Virus record (IMG/VR): IMGVR_UViG_3300031603_000003 | Location: 1 to 64,000 of that record | Origin: a virus | Reading direction: 5' to 3' (one strand) | DNA length: 64,000 nucleotides | Shown here: in pieces, positions 30,109 through 42,100 of the stretch | Layout: every line of letters starts with the position of its first letter | Numbering within the stretch: position 1 is the first letter of the stretch | Notes under the pieces: model-generated | Told to the model about the DNA's origin: nothing | Databases searched by the model: none | What the model saw: only the letters and a program-made list of their open reading frames with translations | Translations under genes and position numbers: made by a program

Positions 30109-33100
30109 ACTAATCCTTCCTCGAATAATCTGTATCCCGCATACTGCTCAATAGCAAAATCAGTATTTAATTGTAAGTCTTCGTACTCGTACTTAGTATA
30201 CATAGTATAAATACGATGGGTGGATTGGTCGACATCTAGTTCCCAGGAACTAAGGTAATAGTCATAGCTAGGATCATATTTAAGAACTTGGAAGTCTGAC
30301 GAACCATCCAGCCCTAGAACATATAAAGTATTATCAGCGCCAAATGTAAAGCCCTGTATTGTATAACCTTCTGGCGGTGTTACGGCGTACGCCCACTTAA
30401 TAGAGCCATCTACTGGAGATATGCAATATAGATTACCTAAATCTGTTAGTACTGCCCAGTGGTCGTAGAATTCACGTATCCATAATAGTGTTTCGTTGGC
30501 TATAGCTGGCGAAATAGGTATGAATTCAGCATCAGAGTCTTGGTGCTGATCGATCTTGATAAAGCTTCTAGCGGATGTATTGATTACTTGTGCCCTAACT
30601 TTGCCCATAGTACCATCTATCTCGTACTGCAGCTCACCATTTGTCAAAGGTGAGTATGTAATATCGGTGGTTAGTCTAAGGTTATCAATTACTAACCGGT
30701 CTCGGCGTACAAAGTTTATTATGTCTGAAGCCGACAAGGCTACACTAGCAGGTGCTGGACCTGTTCTAGAAAAGACTTTAGTAACTGTACGCTTGGCCTT
30801 GTACCGTACATCCACAGTTAATGGGCCGGCTGTGATTACTGGTTCAACTGTAACGAACCCAGAGTAAGCTTGTACCTCTACGCTAACACCTACACCAGAA
30901 GCATCAGTAACTTTAACATTCTCCGGTACTACATCGAATAACTCTGCATCACTGGTTAGATCCTTAGTGAACTGTACAGTAGGATCAGCCCAAGTAGAAG
31001 AGCTGAGCTTAGCTCCAGTTATATCGAGGTCAACAGACTCACCTTGTTGTACTCTGATGTCTGCTATAAGTAATTTGTTACCAACACGCTGAGTTAATTC
31101 GAGTGGTACTTCAGCAGTTAAGGAGTCTGGGAATAACGCAGGGCTACTTTCAAAGTTTAGACCAGCACGTTGCTTATTGCCATGGAAATATGGAGTAATA
31201 TTAAAGCCACCGGCTGTTGCCTTTGCTTTAGTATACTCTAATGCTAATCCATTAGGTGAAAGCACTTGTGTTAGCTCACCGTCCTGCATGTACGGGTAGT
31301 GGTGTATTCTTCCGGGTATTCCGGTAGCGGACTGGTAAGTATGGTCAGCCTGCTGGAAAATATGAATGTATTGGTAAGACGCTACGTTACTAACAGCTAG
31401 GTGATATGGGCTGTCAGTTAGGTTAAAAAGAACGTCCTGATATACGTCGTTTACCCATTGTTGTGTGAAGCGGTCAACTGGTCTTGCGGTTGGTGCTTCT
31501 ACTAAGGCTGCAGTAGCTACGTGCCCTGGTGCAATAGCGAGCAGCGTTAGATAACCAGTGAAAGTTTGGGCCAAGGCTTGGTCTGATCCCCAGGCGATAC
31601 TTAAGTCGAAGGGTCCAGCAACTGGAGCGCCAGCTTGTGTTACCGCAGCGCCGTCGTCCACTTGTAAGCTGATTTCATCAGACTTAATTATAATACGAAA
31701 ATGGTGATCAGTGTTGACATCAAATGTTAGTGATGATACAACGACAGATGTTAAGCCAGTGTACGACAGGGTAGCAGTATCGGCACCTAGTGCCAGCTTT
31801 ACGCTTAGACTTTCAGTGGTGTTATACAGTTCGACAACTGTATCACCGTTATCTCCACCTGTCCATCCGCCTTCTATAGTCATACTATTAGTAATGGTAT
31901 CTGCTAACACTGAGGATGTGTACGCACGAAGACCGTAGGCAGAGCGGACAAAGTTGTTTACGGTTACGGCTGGTATTTCGGTGGACGCTTCCCATGTGTA
32001 CCCTGTAAATAAGCTTAAGTCTATATCATTAACCTGTGTACTATCATGTACTATATCACCAGCACCCTCTTGTAATGTATATCTAGCTAATAAGTTAGAA
32101 GCTTCTACTAATAATGAACCAGGGGCATACGCCACTGACGTACCTGCATGTGCAGTGTCGAACGCAATTTCATTACCTGTCCAAGGTAGTGTCCAATATT
32201 CGGTAGGACCAACAGCGCCGTTATCTCCTCCCCATTTCTTAACCGGTACGACGGAAATAGCAGCAAGTACGGCATCTTCACTAGCTCGTAGTACGCCATT
32301 GACGTATAGCTTAACTGTTACATTATCGTAAGTTACTACAACACGATAGAATTCCAAGCTAGCTGGTAATGCGGTAGTTAGAGTAACGGTATCGAACACT
32401 GTGTTTAAGTAACCAGAGGTATCCACATAGCAATGTCCAGACGCATCCCTACCAGAACCGGGTCTTAATGTTGTAGCAAATGTAAAGCCGTCCATGGATG
32501 TATCGTATAATGATATTGGAATTTCTACAGTATCGGTCAACTCGACTTTAATGTCATCCATGAATGCTTTTTGTGTATTAGCAACAGAGCTGTAACCATC
32601 TATTGCCACGTAGTATGTGGCCGTAACTGGTGGCGTAATCTCCATAGAATAAGAGGCGTAGGTAGTACTTAAATTAAAACTCGTGTTACTATCCCACGAA
32701 GCGTACGTAGGGGTCTCCTGCAGACCTACGCGAAATCTATTGGCGGTTTCGCCTTTACCTTTGAAGCTAAACGTGTACGTCATTCCTCCTATTAATTCAA
32801 TACCAGGAGAGTAACAGGGATTAGCAAATACATTACAATGAAATTTCATATGCATTAGACCGGTAGGTGGGTTCACGTAAGGTGCGGCACCAGCTGCACC
32901 GTCATCCCAGTAATCTTGGAAACCATTCTTGGTCCAGCCAGATGTAGCATTAGGGTAAGTGCCAATAACATGATCTTCGGATGTCTCTTCATACACTATG
33001 TCCATCGGTGTAAATGCACCCGTAATGACAAAGGTTTCGTAGGTATCTGCAGTCTCGATGTTCGCAACACGTTGTTGTATCAAGATGTCGGTAGTACTGT

Positions 33101-33767
33101 TCATTAAATCTATAAGGAATATATCCTGATACACATTAGGAGATCCATTGACAGTGTACGAGAATGTATCCTCGCCTGTGGTGATACGCTCATCTCTACC
33201 GGTTGTGCGGTAAGACTGTATGCTCTCAGTAATAGGCACATTAGCAGTTGTATAATCAACAAAGTATATCTGGAAAGACGCATCGAGATCGGCTGTTTCT
33301 TTCAGTAGTAATACCAAGGCGTCCTGTGCTACTGCATCTTCGCTACGTTTTAGTTCGTGTACGTACCTTATGTCCAGTACTACTCTGCCTGCAATCTCAG
33401 CGAAGTCCCAACTACTGAATGTACTATCTGTATCATAGTATGTAGGTGGTGCTAACCTGAAATCTAATAGGGTCGACACGGGTGTAATATATCGTGATTT
33501 ATTTGCATCCATCAGAGTGGGCTCTGTGTTAATAACTTCAGATATTGGTACTGAAAATCTAGATCTATACCACCCTCGCATAGCGTACGGTGGGGTTTTA
33601 CGTAATGAGGCAAGGTTAACCTCAGCGTTTATAACTCTGTCTAGTCTGTCTAGTTCTGCACCTAGTATATCAAAGGGTTTAATAATGGCTGATGTTTCAT
33701 ATAGATTAGTCCAGACCGGCATACGCCCAAGTACTCTGTTTACTACATGTTTACCTCTGGACGGCAT
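30105..33767 (-). CDS. Baseplate wedge protein with CBM-like and LamG/ConA-like domains and a C-terminal propeller-like region
   Basis: Follows baseplate J; 'MPVW' N-terminus; CBM-like 'GGMTYTFSFKGK..FMDDIKV'; LamG 'VVVTYDNVTVKLYVNG' and 'ARYTLQEGAGDIVHDS'; 'GNLYCISPVDGSIKW'. Confidence 0.68.
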   Translation of the reverse strand: MPSRGKHVVNRVLGRMPVWTNLYETSAIIKPFDILGAELDRLDRVINAEVNLASLRKTPPYAMRGWYRSRFSVPISEVINTEPTLMDANKSRYITPVSTLLDFRLAPPTYYDTDSTFSSWDFAEIAGRVVLDIRYVHELKRSEDAVAQDALVLLLKETADLDASFQIYFVDYTTANVPITESIQSYRTTGRDERITTGEDTFSYTVNGSPNVYQDIFLIDLMNSTTDILIQQRVANIETADTYETFVITGAFTPMDIVYEETSEDHVIGTYPNATSGWTKNGFQDYWDDGAAGAAPYVNPPTGLMHMKFHCNVFANPCYSPGIELIGGMTYTFSFKGKGETANRFRVGLQETPTYASWDSNTSFNLSTTYASYSMEITPPVTATYYVAIDGYSSVANTQKAFMDDIKVELTDTVEIPISLYDTSMDGFTFATTLRPGSGRDASGHCYVDTSGYLNTVFDTVTLTTALPASLEFYRVVVTYDNVTVKLYVNGVLRASEDAVLAAISVVPVKKWGGDNGAVGPTEYWTLPWTGNEIAFDTAHAGTSVAYAPGSLLVEASNLLARYTLQEGAGDIVHDSTQVNDIDLSLFTGYTWEASTEIPAVTVNNFVRSAYGLRAYTSSVLADTITNSMTIEGGWTGGDNGDTVVELYNTTESLSVKLALGADTATLSYTGLTSVVVSSLTFDVNTDHHFRIIIKSDEISLQVDDGAAVTQAGAPVAGPFDLSIAWGSDQALAQTFTGYLTLLAIAPGHVATAALVEAPTARPVDRFTQQWVNDVYQDVLFNLTDSPYHLAVSNVASYQYIHIFQQADHTYQSATGIPGRIHHYPYMQDGELTQVLSPNGLALEYTKAKATAGGFNITPYFHGNKQRAGLNFESSPALFPDSLTAEVPLELTQRVGNKLLIADIRVQQGESVDLDITGAKLSSSTWADPTVQFTKDLTSDAELFDVVPENVKVTDASGVGVSVEVQAYSGFVTVEPVITAGPLTVDVRYKAKRTVTKVFSRTGPAPASVALSASDIINFVRRDRLVIDNLRLTTDITYSPLTNGELQYEIDGTMGKVRAQVINTSARSFIKIDQHQDSDAEFIPISPAIANETLLWIREFYDHWAVLTDLGNLYCISPVDGSIKWAYAVTPPEGYTIQGFTFGADNTLYVLGLDGSSDFQVLKYDPSYDYYLSSWELDVDQSTHRIYTMYTKYEYEDLQLNTDFAIEQYAGYRLFEEGLV

Positions 33768-34897
33768 TATCCACCTGCCTCACATACTTCAATGTACTCA
33801 TCTGCTGTTACCCATTTCTGGTTTAAGGATGCTGGCTGGTTAGTATTTCCGATAGTTTGTTTGAATTGCACTGTTTGATTTTGTACATCATATACCCCGC
33901 GTTCTACTAAGGTAAATTGTGCGTCAATGACTCCTGGTACTGAGATTACTTCTGCTTTAAGTTGAGAGAATATTAGAATCTCACCAAGTGCTAGTTTGTT
34001 TACATACTCACGTACGGCAGCACGTACTAACGGTTTAACACTAACCAAGTCTTTAGTAATAACTTCAACTGTACAAATGTAAAATAGATGATCTGGGTAT
34101 TCAACGAACACGCGTACGCCACCGGCAGTACCACGTTGAGCTTCAGCCTGTACTTGTGCTATAAGTGCGGGACCAGTAATAGGATTGGTAGATTGTATGA
34201 ACGCCGACACAGAACCAACACCATACGTATGAGGTTTAAGCGACAGTACAGCTACATTTGGGATAGCTCGGAGTCTAGCCTCCAATGCGATTAGGTTAGT
34301 ATTACGGAGAATACTCCAATATCTCAACAGTCTAGGTCTATAGTCATCGTCTACTTCAACACTGGACCCTGTTTCTATTGGCAATACATTACCTACAATT
34401 AATTCTTTATTCGTTGAGTCGTGAAACTGAAGGGAATTGGCTTCTATATTGTACCCATCACCTATACCTGTAGCTTTAACTTTAACATACATTCGTCCGT
34501 CTGGTCCTGCTGTGTCAATGGTAATGGATTCAGTAGTAGTGTACTCTATGTTAGCGGCGGTACGTACACGAGTATTAACCGGTACCGTGTAGCTAACATC
34601 ACCACCTGCGGATATCTCGAAGTAAACATTCTGTCGTGTAGCGTCAGTTGCCACTTGTGCTACTGCTCTGGGCATACCTCTAAGTTCACCATATGCATCC
34701 AAATCAGCCCCGTGGCTTAACGAGGGGTCAAGGGAATTAATTAGATTATAAGCTTGATTGTAAGCATTGAACTGCTCAACCGCTATGTTCTCGATGAGAA
34801 TATATTCCGGCGAAGCTGGGTCCGGTGCTGCAGTAAACCCTGCATCCATGAATTGTTGTGTGATACGTTCTCGTAGAATGTCTAGTGTAGGATACAT
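33767..34897 (-). CDS. Baseplate J/gp47-like protein
   Basis: 'GADLDAYGELRGMPR', 'ATGIGDGYNIEANS', 'GSSVEVDDDYRPRL', 'YVNKLALGE..VPGVID'. Confidence 0.9.
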   Translation of the reverse strand: MYPTLDILRERITQQFMDAGFTAAPDPASPEYILIENIAVEQFNAYNQAYNLINSLDPSLSHGADLDAYGELRGMPRAVAQVATDATRQNVYFEISAGGDVSYTVPVNTRVRTAANIEYTTTESITIDTAGPDGRMYVKVKATGIGDGYNIEANSLQFHDSTNKELIVGNVLPIETGSSVEVDDDYRPRLLRYWSILRNTNLIALEARLRAIPNVAVLSLKPHTYGVGSVSAFIQSTNPITGPALIAQVQAEAQRGTAGGVRVFVEYPDHLFYICTVEVITKDLVSVKPLVRAAVREYVNKLALGEILIFSQLKAEVISVPGVIDAQFTLVERGVYDVQNQTVQFKQTIGNTNQPASLNQKWVTADEYIEVCEAGG

Positions 34898-34898
34898 A

Positions 34899-35327
34899 TT
34901 AGCGACCCATTAAGTTGTTTGGTGGAGGAACTGAAAGTTCTACCGTGGTTGTAGTGTTGCCGGCCATGTGCCAAGATCCACTCTTGTACGCGAATCCAAA
35001 TGTTTCATCGATCTCGGTTGTGCCGAATATAACTATGGCTACATCAAAAGTGTTTGGTTTTGTGGTGCTCACTGTTACTTCAACCGGGTAATCTAAAAAT
35101 AGATTATAGTCTAGGTAACGAGCTAATTGTTGTTCAAGCATTCTTGCTTTTGCTGGTGTTTGTACGCTACCTATGTAGTCGCTTATACGGAATTGATTAT
35201 CAAGGGCGGTGGACTGTCTTAAGAATACATATATTCTATTGTTCAGAGCTTCGTGTCCAGCGGCAGCGCGTATACGTGTGCCAGTCATCTCAATATCCCC
35301 GTCAACTGTCCAAAGCAATGTGCGCAT
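34899..35327 (-). CDS. Baseplate W/gp25-like wedge protein
   Basis: 142 aa directly upstream of J; 'LLWTVDGDIEM...GHEALNNRI'. Confidence 0.6.
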   Translation of the reverse strand: MRTLLWTVDGDIEMTGTRIRAAAGHEALNNRIYVFLRQSTALDNQFRISDYIGSVQTPAKARMLEQQLARYLDYNLFLDYPVEVTVSTTKPNTFDVAIVIFGTTEIDETFGFAYKSGSWHMAGNTTTTVELSVPPPNNLMGR

Positions 35328-36121
35328 TATTGATTCCTATTATTCAACTTATCAAGAGCCACGGTTATAGTTCCGAATATGGTTGCAGCGATGATGCCCA
35401 TGTTAATAAACTTAATCAAATCTGGCATCTTAGCTTTACTCGCGGGCCATGTAACAATTGTCTCGGGTAGCATATGGTTCATACTGTTCTCAAACACAAT
35501 TGATTCTTTTCGAATGCTGTCTCCGGTATCGAATATATCAACTCCGAGCATGCTAATGTCACCACCATCTACAATAAGCCCACTGGCATCAGTACCTAGG
35601 TACAAGCTGTCTTTAGCAAAACTAATTCCAACATCAGGAGTACCTACCCTGTCTCTTATTGTTATGTCATTGGAGCTGGTGTCCATATCGGTTGTAGGAC
35701 GATCCTTTATGAGCCTGGATGGACGTGCTTTGTGATCGAAACTCGCCATGGCTTCGTTCACATAACCATTGTCAATATGGAAACGTATGAAATCTTTATC
35801 CACATATGACTCTTTCTCTTCGCCGTCAGTAGGCACGGCTACTTCTTTACGTCCGCCATCGGTGAGGTACTCTTCTAAGCGTACACGACGATCTACTGGT
35901 GCATCAACATCTACTAAAATCTCCGGTACACCTAACACTACATATTCACGAAACTTATCTACCATGTACCCTGGAGCTTTGATTATATACAGGTCACCGT
36001 CGGATGTCTTGTCCGATTCCCCACGCATCCGTACGCATAACCACAAGATATCTGTGTCTTTACTTACTTGTACGGTACTAGCATTTATAACCCTGGCATT
36101 CTTGTATATGTACTTGCTCAT
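35327..36121 (-). CDS. Putative baseplate spike/central protein
   Basis: ATG 36121 overlaps the hub stop (ATGA); between hub and W-like genes; beta-strand run then hydrophobic C-terminus. Confidence 0.45.
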   Translation of the reverse strand: MSKYIYKNARVINASTVQVSKDTDILWLCVRMRGESDKTSDGDLYIIKAPGYMVDKFREYVVLGVPEILVDVDAPVDRRVRLEEYLTDGGRKEVAVPTDGEEKESYVDKDFIRFHIDNGYVNEAMASFDHKARPSRLIKDRPTTDMDTSSNDITIRDRVGTPDVGISFAKDSLYLGTDASGLIVDGGDISMLGVDIFDTGDSIRKESIVFENSMNHMLPETIVTWPASKAKMPDLIKFINMGIIAATIFGTITVALDKLNNRNQ

Positions 36122-39100
36122 AGTCCTATTTCTCCGTTCATAAGGCCCCATTGTGTAACAATACCATCCCAATAATTAGCATCAATGATATCACTTATAG
36201 CTATGGTGGATGCATTCCTATTGTATTGTATGCCTTCTAACCCTGCACTGTATGCTTTACCATTGTACTGCAGTAACGACATGATGATCGGTGCATTACC
36301 TAGTTGCATGTTAGCGGCATTAATAAACTGTTTCATTTCCATCGTCTTATATTTAATACCACCTGCTGCTATCGTAGTACCTACTATGACGAACATACTG
36401 GTAAATGCTGTTAGGAAAGACACTGCTCGTTTACCTAACTCTGATGCAATACCCTTTTCAACTAACCACTTGAAGCTAGTCTTAACGGCGTACTTAGCAC
36501 CTGCTAATTCTCCACCAACTTTAAGCACAGTCCATGCGGTGCCTACTTTTCTAGTAAGACCGTTGAGTGTTGCGTTCAAGCCCATCAGCTCTGTATCAAT
36601 GGCTGCTGCGGTGTTGCGCATAGAAGTAACTAAGTTGGGCTTGATAGTTGTTATGAATCCACCTGATGAACTCATGGAGTGGATAACTTCTTCCACTTCT
36701 ATTACACCGCTCATTTGTGATACGGCATCCGAGATGTGAATGTAATGCCAAGGGCGTATGGTAGCATCGCCTCTAAGTACCAGACTGCCCTGGTACATAG
36801 GTTTGATTTGATTCATCAATATCTGATCAGCTAGCATTTTAGCCTGAGGTTGCGCGTGTTTCCACCCGGCCGTGGCGTCTACGAAGTCCTCGCCTAATGT
36901 GTTAAGTCCTGTAAAATCATAGAAGATACTTGTATCACAGTTCTTCTGAAAGGATACGTACTCCCGGATATAATTAGCATCCAACTCGTTGGAGATAGAT
37001 GATATTACCTTGTTCTCCTTATCCCATTCGTGTGGAGCTGAAACACCTGAGTCTTTTACGCTAGTTGGGTAATACACTGATACTTTATTTGACAGTAGAT
37101 CCTCTGTGACTGTTATCTCATTAGATATGATGTGCGAGTCACTACTGGCGAAGTGATGTTCCACGATTGGTTGGTAACTTTCGGATCCAGTTTGTCCATC
37201 ATCATCCAGGAGTTGGATCAAATCTTCAAGATGTTGAGATTTAGTACCAGTTACTTGATAATTATTTGATTTAATATTAGCTAGGAACTGTGGCATATCT
37301 GCACGAAGGGCTATTGCCCATTCAGCTTTGACGGCGGTGAATATAACTAGACGGCGTGCGCGGTTACCAGCAAGAAATCTATCTGTAAGTGTAACTGGGC
37401 CGCTAAGTGTTTCATCCAATGCAGAGTAGAACTGAGGTATTATATTACCCTTGATATCTCCCATGTTCCAACATAACAACTGCGTAAATACTGACACTGG
37501 GTGTGTCTTAGAAGTGAATGATTCCTCTTCCATTATCTTGCTTGCGTACTTCAGGGCGAACTGTGCTAAGTGCGGTAACCCTGCATTACTTAATCGTTCA
37601 GCGGCTTGCTTTAATGGTGGACTATAATAATCATTGAAGAGGTTATCGAAGCGGCTCTTTACTGGGTTAAATTTAGAAGCCCACAGTGCGGCGTTACCTA
37701 ACTTACGCGCGGCATCTTGCATATCCTGTTCTAAGTTATTTAAGCCAGTCAATGGGTCAAGCTCCCAATCTTCTTGGTTACTATTAGTTAATTCTTCTTC
37801 CGTTTGTAGTATGCGCTGTCTGATAGCGGTGGCGAACTCATCACCCTTACCTGTAATGTGGTAGGGATCATCACTAGCTTTGTATTGTCCATCACGTGGG
37901 CCAAAGTATAGCGTAGCTCGTGGCGCTGTGCCTCCAAATAAGTAAGCACCTTCATTGTAAGGTAATGGTCTAACGATGTAGTCACCAAGATACAGTGCTT
38001 GTTCCCACAATGCATCCCATGTTGTTTGATTATTAATATGCCAGTAGAACGAGTCTTTATCGTCGAAACGATTAAAGAAGGGAACCATGTTTACAAACCC
38101 ATAGTATTGTGGTCTCTTGTTGTTAACATAAATGTTATCGTACAAGGAGTTGCCAAAGTTTAGCAGCATAGCATATTGGTTCGTACCATCTATGAGTGAA
38201 TCCACGAAGTCTTTCGTACCTGCACCTACATCCCCATCGTATAGTCCTAGTACATCTTGGGAGGCAGCAGAACCACCTACTACTTTCTTCTTCACTTTAT
38301 CTAATAATCCCGAATCAACATCACTTACACCTGTACCAGAGAGCCCTGCTATACGGCCGAGCGTGTACAAGTGTTTAGTTAAATCATTTGAAGCTGCGAT
38401 AAACTCTTCCGACTTTCCGTGGTGAATAGACCAACGTCCAAAGTGTTTTAAGCCAGATGTCTCACTTAAGGTAGTAAGTACGGCTTCACCTATATGTGAC
38501 TCCATACTGCCGGAGGTTATACTACGGCTCATTTCTGATAATAGTTCTACGCCGAAGCTTTGAATCTTTATCTCCAATATAGGACCTGGTATAACTTCAG
38601 TAACGGCACCGTACATTACAACCGGCAGGTTACGGTAGTCAGGCCCATAACCAAGGCGTACCATCACGGTGGTACCGGGTTGGATACGGAAACGTTCAAG
38701 GTTCTTAGGATCATCGGTGTCACGAAATAACTGAGAGATACCTGGTGAAGTTAACTTACCAGTGACATTCGACAGGCGTATTATAGCTGTGGAGCTAGCA
38801 GAGTGCTTAGAGTCGATAACATCGATACTTTGTATACCATCGTACGTGTAGAAGTCATCGAATAAACCCCAGTCCGTGGAGTCTTCTTCGATCAAGAACA
38901 TCTTAAACGCAGGGAATGCTTGAATAAAGTGATTATCCCAGTTATTATGTACCTGACTAGCGAGCTTCTTATCCAAACTTACATTCAGGAGTTCGGCGTC
39001 AATATCTGTGTACCCAAAACCTGCTAGTGCGGTATCTATGCTACGTGTATCACCTGCACGAACTATAACCTCGCCAATATCATTGATCATCTTGCCAAGT

Positions 39101-42100
39101 ACCGTAGTTACGTGGGTTTTATCTTTAAAGCTACGGTTATTCAATATCTTATCTACCGCTGAGCGTACACCCTCGGAGTTTGGATTTCCCATGTTATTTA
39201 TTGCTGGGAATAATACTTTTAGTCCGGGCATATCGTTCCCTAGGGTAACACCTTCTACTAACACCTTACCTCTGTTGAGTACGGTGACATCGTTTTCGAC
39301 TTCACCTTCTACTTGTGTGGCTTGGTTGAGTAATGCTGCTAAGAAGAAATACTGCAATAGATGTACAGCTAGAAAGTATCTTAACATTTGTTCCTTCTGG
39401 AACTGTAGGTATTCACCTGACCTATCGGCTAATAGTTTAGCCATGTTCTCGTCTTCTTTCATTTCCTTGAACATATCTAACGTAGATATGTTGACTAACA
39501 TAGCAGGATTACCAGTGCTGACTCCTTTACGATCAACAGCACCATTGCGTAATGCTTCATAAAATGCACTATCTTCATACTTAGCAAGTCCGGAGGTGGC
39601 TTTACCTAATTCCGCACGATACATATCTTTAACTACTTCAGCAGCACCGGCTAAGCTGTCTAAGTCTTCGTTGTTGATTAGGTTACTCATGTTTAATGCG
39701 AGTTCTAACCGACTGTGATCATTAAATATCTTGGCATCCAGCAATGCAGGGGGTATCCTAGTAGCTGCGAAATACCACGCTGGGTGTAATATCTTATGAA
39801 AGTCCTGCGGCTGTGGGTCTACTTCTTTGCCATCATCCTCGTGTACACTAGCCATTAGGTCTTCTGGGAAGCTGAAGTCTGTGTAATTATTACGTACGAG
39901 CTTACTATTATTCTCTATCCATTTAGCATAGTAATTAGGTAAGTACCCGCGCCACCCGGTGAAGCCTTTCTTAGCTAAGTTCTTCATAGCTCTGTTGAAG
40001 TCAGCGCGTACGAACAATATACGCATGAACTCTCGACTATGTTCTTGCAGAGAGTACGCTGCTGCTATGGAAATACCATGTACATTGGAGTCCGTCAAGG
40101 AGATGGATGTTGGGATATCACTCTTCTGGAACACATTTGGTAGCAGTGTACCGAGGAACAGAGACGCTGCTTGATAGACGTACTGCATGTACTGATACGT
40201 ACTACGTTCTATAAGTTGTGTAAGATTAGTAGCATTAAGCGTATCACTATCTCCTAGGTCACTAACTACAGCTTTACGCCAGGCATATATTTGGTCTCTG
40301 GTGGGGGTAACTATATCATTTAACAACCCGGATGCAAATATAGCATTAGCACTTAAGTCTGGGGATACAGCTAGGAGTGTATCAAAGTCTACTGAGTACG
40401 CGAGGTCTTCCCTGAAGTACTTATTTATCATAAGTTGGAAGTCACTCTTCAGGTAATCGCGATCAACAAATATACCCGGTTTAGCTTTAGGCGCTAGGGT
40501 ACGATTTGGATCTATCTTTAGCTTAGCCATTATGAGCTTCGCGGTATACTTATCGAATACGAGATTCGTTGGGAAGAAGTCCGGAGCTACCTTCTTCACA
40601 TATTTAATCGAGGCACCGCCCACTGTACGTAGCTTCTCTTGCTGGTCGATGGTATTAGGATTGTGAATCATATCCAGTTCTACTGCGTACCATCCAGTTG
40701 TTCCTGGTAGGGTCTTAATCACTACGTTACGTACGGTAAACTCTGTAGCACCGATAGCCTGTAACATTGGGTCATTGAACTCAACACGATCAGTGCCTAG
40801 GCTAATCATCGTAGCGTACGCGGCCTGCATAGCGACACCTGTTTGTGTTAATCTGATATCATTTAATCTTTCGATGAAATTGAAATCATTAGTATGGAGT
40901 GCCATGCTAACATTGAATTGCCCCATACCCATGTGTTGGTATGTTGGGGTGTTGTACTGCGTTATATCTATAGGTACTAACTTGTTAGTGTACGAGACAC
41001 TAACAGATTGAATAACTGTCTTATCTGTAGTTGGAGCCATGTCCGATGTGGAGCTAGCGAATACATAAGTCTTGGATTTAAGTTCGAGTTTCCCTACTTC
41101 ACTATCGGCGGTCTTAGTGAACCTGGTTTCTAGTGAGTTTATAAGGTTACTTAGTATACCTAGGCTACCGTCGCTGGTATCTGTTGGTAATTCAGCACCT
41201 AGCATGATAGACAAATCTTTCATAGTACTTGTCTGCGGGGCGATAGTATGCGCTAGTGGGTTGTTAATCCAAACTGTTTGAAGGTTATCGAACATGTCGG
41301 TGGCTCCCTGTAATTCTCCACGTATGGATGAATCGGGGAACACTTCTTTGGCAGTAGCCTTGTACAGGTTATTAGCTTCGGTTACGAGACGACGAAGCCC
41401 TGTGATAGTGCTAGCGGCGGCTTCGAATATGTCCAGTGGGATATACTGGATGCCGGGCTTGGCCTCTAACCCTTTACGTAAGTCACTGCTGGGAGAGAAT
41501 TGCTGAAGGAGTTTTAAGTTATCCAACATAGCGTCAAGGTCTAAACGTGCGCTCTTGATAAAGTTCAAAACACGCGTGGCTGGGGTATCCAGATTAGTAA
41601 TCTGGTTGTATATCATTGTAACACCGCCAGCGCCGTCTGGATTGTACGTGTCCCACCTTGAGTTCTTGCTGACCATGATAGGGTCTTCAAACTCTAAGAG
41701 TTGTGAACGATAGAATCGTATGAACTCCGGAGATTGACCTAGATCATCAGTAGTGTACAGCTGTACGCCTGCAGGTTCTTTGAGAGTTATAAGTTCTCCA
41801 GTCTGTGTAGCGAAGATGCCAGACTTAGCACTTACAGGACTATACGCACGAGATCTGTGCAACACATCATAAATCTTATTGTTACTGATCATCTCCTGAC
41901 GTCGCGGATTGGAGGTAGCCTCGTACCCTCGCATTTCTCCATAGGGAAAGAAGTTGAAGAAACGGATCGTAAGGTACAGTTGTATTGAGTCCGGGTAACC
42001 GGGCACGGTATGAAACGATATACTATCAATAACTATAGGGATTGGGAAGATAGCAGGTACTACCTCATCTTTGTTAAACTCGGCAGATATAGCTCTATCG

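Noticed and set aside
24815-33767. Diversity-generating retroelement or invertible fibre cassette
   Set aside because: No reverse transcriptase, invertase or duplicated template/variable repeat noticed by eye; a self dot-plot would be needed to exclude it fully
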